A stretch of 30,045 nt of DNA, from the IMG/VR virus record IMGVR_UViG_3300027749_000372, positions 1 through 30,045 of that record; one strand, given 5' to 3'. Shown piece by piece: positions 26,672-30,045 of this stretch. The position numbers and the translations under genes are program-made. The notes under the pieces were generated by a model. The model saw only the letters and a list, made by a program, of their open reading frames with translations, was not told the origin of the DNA and ran no database searches. The stretch comes from a virus (lineage: Duplodnaviria; Caudoviricetes). Position 1 is the stretch's first letter. Each line of letters starts with the position of its first letter.

Positions 26672-28096
26672 ATGATTGATATTGTTTTTGTTGCTGTTCC
26701 TTATATTGAAACAAGAGAACCTATTATGTCTCCGGCCCTGCTCAAAGCGGTGGTAGAAAAACATGGATACAGTTCAGTTGGATTGGATTTGAATATTGAA
26801 TTTGTTAATCGCATTGAAGATCATCCAAAAAAAAAGGATATCATAAACTTTTTTGAGTTTGCTGAAGAAAAACCCGAGTTGTCTGATGAGATATTTGACC
26901 TGATCAATTTTATCTCAGATAGAATACTATCCTACAATCCCCAAGTGATAGGACTAAGTTTATTAACGTACAATTCTCAACTGTTTACTTTATGGTTACT
27001 GGTCAAACTCAAGATGGTTGCACCTCACATCAAGATTATCATTGGTGGCAGTGGAATAAAAGATTTTATAGCATCAAGTTCCAACGCCTTTTGTGATGAG
27101 ATGAAATCTTTGAATTTGATTGATCATTATATTACCGGAGATGGAGAAATAGCAGTGGTAGAATTTTTAAAAGGAAATTTTGAATATCCAGGTATCAATT
27201 CATTGACCTGGCAAGAGATAAGAAATTTAGATGATTTTCCTTTTCCGGATTATGCCGACTATGACTTTGACTATTATGATGTTCAAAAAATACCCATCAC
27301 AGATAGTCGTGGATGTGTGCGCAGTTGTAAATTTTGTGACATAATTGAACATTGGAAAAAGTATGTGTATAGGTCGGCAGAATCTGTTTTTGCTGAGATG
27401 CTTTGTCAAATTGACAGATACAAAATTACTAATTTTACCATGAGAAATTCGTTAACCAATGGCAACATGAAAGAGTTTCGAAAATTATTGTCTTTGATCG
27501 GAGAATATAACAAGCACAAACTCTATCATGAGCAGATAAGATGGCAAGGATACTTTATTGTTAGAGAAAAAAATCAGCATCCTGAAGAAATTTTCCAACA
27601 AATTCAGAAATCCAATGGAACACTCATGTTAGGAGTGGAAAGTGTTATAGAACATGTGCGTCATGAGATGGGCAAAAAGTTTTCTAATGCCTCCATCGAC
27701 TACCATCTCGAAATGACTCAAAAATACAAGGTCCCTATTTCGCTATTGATAATGACCGGTAATCCTACTGAAACTCGAGAAGATTATAGATTTACCAAAC
27801 AATGGTTCAGAGAGCGTTATCAATATGCTGGAAATTCAGTGTACAAAGTACATCTTTCAATCTCTTCTATTTTGCCCGGAACTGAATGGGAGAGAACACA
27901 AGATCAACTGAACTTGCAACTAGGCAAATACCCTGCAATATGGATGAATCAAGATCTCAAAATTACATCCCAGGAACGAGTAGATTATTGGAAGGAGTTG
28001 ATGGAAATTTGTGTTCCTTACCAAAACGAAACATCATTGGCAGGATCAAGCAAATGGCAAAATTCTACAATTAGTGTAATAGAAAATGTTCATTAG
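26672..28096 (+). CDS. Cobalamin-binding-domain radical SAM enzyme (class B methyltransferase-like), 474 aa
   Basis: N-terminal P..SPALLKAVVEKHG...DLN...VIGLSL...IIIGG...ITGDGE B12-binding fold, then FPFPDY, SRGCVRSCKFC and LGVES. Start moved to ATG 26672. Confidence 0.88.
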   Translation: MIDIVFVAVPYIETREPIMSPALLKAVVEKHGYSSVGLDLNIEFVNRIEDHPKKKDIINFFEFAEEKPELSDEIFDLINFISDRILSYNPQVIGLSLLTYNSQLFTLWLLVKLKMVAPHIKIIIGGSGIKDFIASSSNAFCDEMKSLNLIDHYITGDGEIAVVEFLKGNFEYPGINSLTWQEIRNLDDFPFPDYADYDFDYYDVQKIPITDSRGCVRSCKFCDIIEHWKKYVYRSAESVFAEMLCQIDRYKITNFTMRNSLTNGNMKEFRKLLSLIGEYNKHKLYHEQIRWQGYFIVREKNQHPEEIFQQIQKSNGTLMLGVESVIEHVRHEMGKKFSNASIDYHLEMTQKYKVPISLLIMTGNPTETREDYRFTKQWFRERYQYAGNSVYKVHLSISSILPGTEWERTQDQLNLQLGKYPAIWMNQDLKITSQERVDYWKELMEICVPYQNETSLAGSSKWQNSTISVIENVH

Positions 28097-28104
28097 TACC
28101 ATCC

Positions 28105-28548
28105 ATGACTGAATTAAAGTTAGTATTTAAATGTGGGGAATGCAATGGCTATATGTCTTTGGAATGTTATTCCAATGATACTTTGATATTTGACACAGAA
28201 ATCAAAAATTCTGATTTGACAGTAACTGCTTTGGTAGATTTTCCCTTTGATCTTAAAATAAAAGTTTCTGGGAAAAATCCTAATACAGACACACTGGTAG
28301 AAGATGGCAAAATTGTCAAAGACAAATACATAGAACTAAAACAAATATATCTGGCCAGATATCCTGTTAATGTAAGTGTTCTACATCGCTTGTGTCAATT
28401 TATTCCTGACAGTAAACCAATTGAACCAACTACTTTTTTTTATTGCAATGGGCAGGCTCTGTTGAAATTTCAAAGTTCTGACGCACTTAAATGGCATCTG
28501 ATGTATAACAAGTATTATGATCTTCGTCAAAAGGACAACCTGTGTTAG
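28105..28548 (+). CDS. Hypothetical protein (147 aa, beta-rich)
   Basis: Full ORF filling the gap between two rSAM genes; KVSGKNPNTDTLVEDGKIVKDKYIEL. No family recognised. Confidence 0.75.
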   Translation: MTELKLVFKCGECNGYMSLECYSNDTLIFDTEIKNSDLTVTALVDFPFDLKIKVSGKNPNTDTLVEDGKIVKDKYIELKQIYLARYPVNVSVLHRLCQFIPDSKPIEPTTFFYCNGQALLKFQSSDALKWHLMYNKYYDLRQKDNLC

Positions 28549-30044
28549 AAAAATTTAATTTTGATACCATCGATGAGTATCAAATTGAAATAACCACCTA
28601 CTGTAATGCGGCGTGTCCACAATGTCCTCGTAACAACAATGGATCAGGCGTAAATCCATATCTAATTTTGGAACACTTGCCTCGGGCGGTGATTGATTCT
28701 GCTTTCGATGCTGAGTTATGCAACCGGCTTCGACAAGTGTTCTTTTGCGGCAGTTACGGTGATCCTATTATGCATCCGGAGTTCTTGGATATCTTGAGAG
28801 ATTTTAGACGCAAGTGCCCCACACTTTGGTTGTACTTGCATACCAATGGTGGTGCGCACGATACCATATACTGGCAGGAAATGGCCGAAATTATTGGTGG
28901 TTACGGTCAAGTTGATTTCAACATTGACGGTCTCAAAACAACCAACTGGCTCTACAGAAGAAATACAGACTTCAACAAAATCATGGCCAATGCTGGTGCA
29001 TTTATTTCAGCCGGTGGCCGTGCTGTTTGGAATTTCATTGTGTTTGAACACAATCAAGATCAAGTCGAGCAGGCGCAAGCACTGAGCAAACAAATTGGAT
29101 TTCATGATTTCAAATATCGTGCCACTGGTAGATTCTTAAATCATCAGACCATGGACACATTCAATGAGTGGCCAGTGCAGTCACGGCAGGGGAAGATCGA
29201 ATATGCGCTAACGCCTACTACATTAAAAAAATACAAGAACAAGAGCATTGAGATACTGCCTGCTCTTAAAAAGCAATTTCCAAACATGCAAGAGTACTTT
29301 GCCAACACAGAAATCTGTTGCGATTCTTTGTCGGGTCGAAAAGTTGCCATCAATGCCAGTGGACTTGTGTTACCTTGTAATATGTTGAATCACAACTTGA
29401 CCGACGCTAGATTCCGTGATCAAGATGTATTGCCTTGTAGCAACGACCTTAGTAAGGTTGATGGTCAAAATCAAGTTCAAGAATTTGTCAACCGTCACGG
29501 AGCAGACAATCTAAATATTCATCATCAATCGCTGAAACAAATATTTGCCAACTCGTTTTGGGTAGACCTTGTGAACAGTTGGAAGTATAATACATTTCCT
29601 GAACGACTGTTTGAGTGTGCAATGACCTGCGGCAAACAATTTACCAAAGTATGGGATCAAACAAAAATGACAAAAACATTCTTAATCACCGGGGGCAATC
29701 GAGGCCTAGGATTACATCTTGCTGAAACTTTTGATGGCATCAGCATCAGCAGAGCCCAGGACTATGACATTACCAAGGATCTTGAAGCCATTGCAGAAAT
29801 TAGTTTAAAATATGATGTGTTCGTTAACAACGCATTTGATGGGCCACCTCAAGAATCTTGGGCTAATTTTGCTCAGGCACAAGTATACTTTGCTGTGTAT
29901 GATGCCTGGAAGGCTGCGGGCAAAACCGGGCATATTTTTAACATTGGTTCAACTGGCGCTAAAAATATCGTTGCACCCGAGCCTAGATTTGAAACCTACA
30001 GGGTAAGCAAAGCCGCGCTTGAACACGCAAGTCGTCAAGGCACA
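28542..30044 (+). CDS. Radical SAM-SPASM protein fused in frame to a short-chain dehydrogenase/reductase; partial, >501 aa
   Basis: GTG 28542 with SD AAGGA (28531-28535). Hand translation: MLEKFNFDTIDEYQIEITTYCNAACPQCPR...FCGSYGDP...HTNG...FNIDG...CC...INASGLVLPC...CAMTCGK, then without a stop TKTFLITGGNRGLG...VNNA...NIGS...YRVSK. Not in the track because there is no stop before the edge. Confidence 0.9.
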   Translation, partial: MLEKFNFDTIDEYQIEITTYCNAACPQCPRNNNGSGVNPYLILEHLPRAVIDSAFDAELCNRLRQVFFCGSYGDPIMHPEFLDILRDFRRKCPTLWLYLHTNGGAHDTIYWQEMAEIIGGYGQVDFNIDGLKTTNWLYRRNTDFNKIMANAGAFISAGGRAVWNFIVFEHNQDQVEQAQALSKQIGFHDFKYRATGRFLNHQTMDTFNEWPVQSRQGKIEYALTPTTLKKYKNKSIEILPALKKQFPNMQEYFANTEICCDSLSGRKVAINASGLVLPCNMLNHNLTDARFRDQDVLPCSNDLSKVDGQNQVQEFVNRHGADNLNIHHQSLKQIFANSFWVDLVNSWKYNTFPERLFECAMTCGKQFTKVWDQTKMTKTFLITGGNRGLGLHLAETFDGISISRAQDYDITKDLEAIAEISLKYDVFVNNAFDGPPQESWANFAQAQVYFAVYDAWKAAGKTGHIFNIGSTGAKNIVAPEPRFETYRVSKAALEHASRQGT

Positions 30045-30045
30045 C

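Noticed and set aside
1-30045. Alternative genetic code / stop-codon reassignment
   Set aside because: Conserved genes are full length in code 11, and TAA, TGA and TAG all occur as terminal stops.
1-30045. CRISPR array, tRNA, intron/intein, transposase, DGR
   Set aside because: No regular repeat-spacer pattern, cloverleaf, homing endonuclease, intein or reverse-transcriptase motifs were seen by eye; intergenic gaps are very short.
21805-30045. 7-deazaguanine (QueE) or anaerobic RNR activase (NrdG) identity for the rSAMs; a RiPP precursor peptide
   Set aside because: Sizes and extra domains do not fit QueE/NrdG, no queC/queD/folE/nrdD is in the window, and no credible short precursor ORF was found.

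Overview
This window is part of a large T4-related myovirus genome, with gene content and order resembling Rak2/GAP32-like jumbo phages (inference). It has two divergent halves. Left, minus strand (1-19772): a tightly coupled late baseplate/tail operon. In transcription order it holds a gp54/gp48-like tube initiator, gp53-like wedge, a hub-like protein apparently split into two ORFs, gp5/VgrG-like spike, a probable degenerate lysozyme-like protein, gp25, gp6 and a giant (>2597 aa) structural protein. That giant ORF is missing from the ORF track because it runs off the left edge. Right, plus strand (19886-30045): gp55-like late sigma factor, gp47 (Mre11-like) and gp46 (Rad50-like), interleaved with an accessory enzyme cluster. 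The cluster has three different radical SAM enzymes (SPASM-first rSAM, cobalamin-binding rSAM, and an rSAM-SPASM-SDR fusion that runs off the right edge and is also missing from the track), a possible sulfotransferase-like protein, a degenerate SGNH-like protein and a small hypothetical protein. The best candidate for an undescribed system is this multi-rSAM cluster. Its second half starts from a T4-like late-promoter motif almost identical to the one in front of gp25, which hints at late chemistry such as virion modification. No tRNA, rRNA, CRISPR array or transposase was seen. All product calls come from motif recognition; no database search was run.
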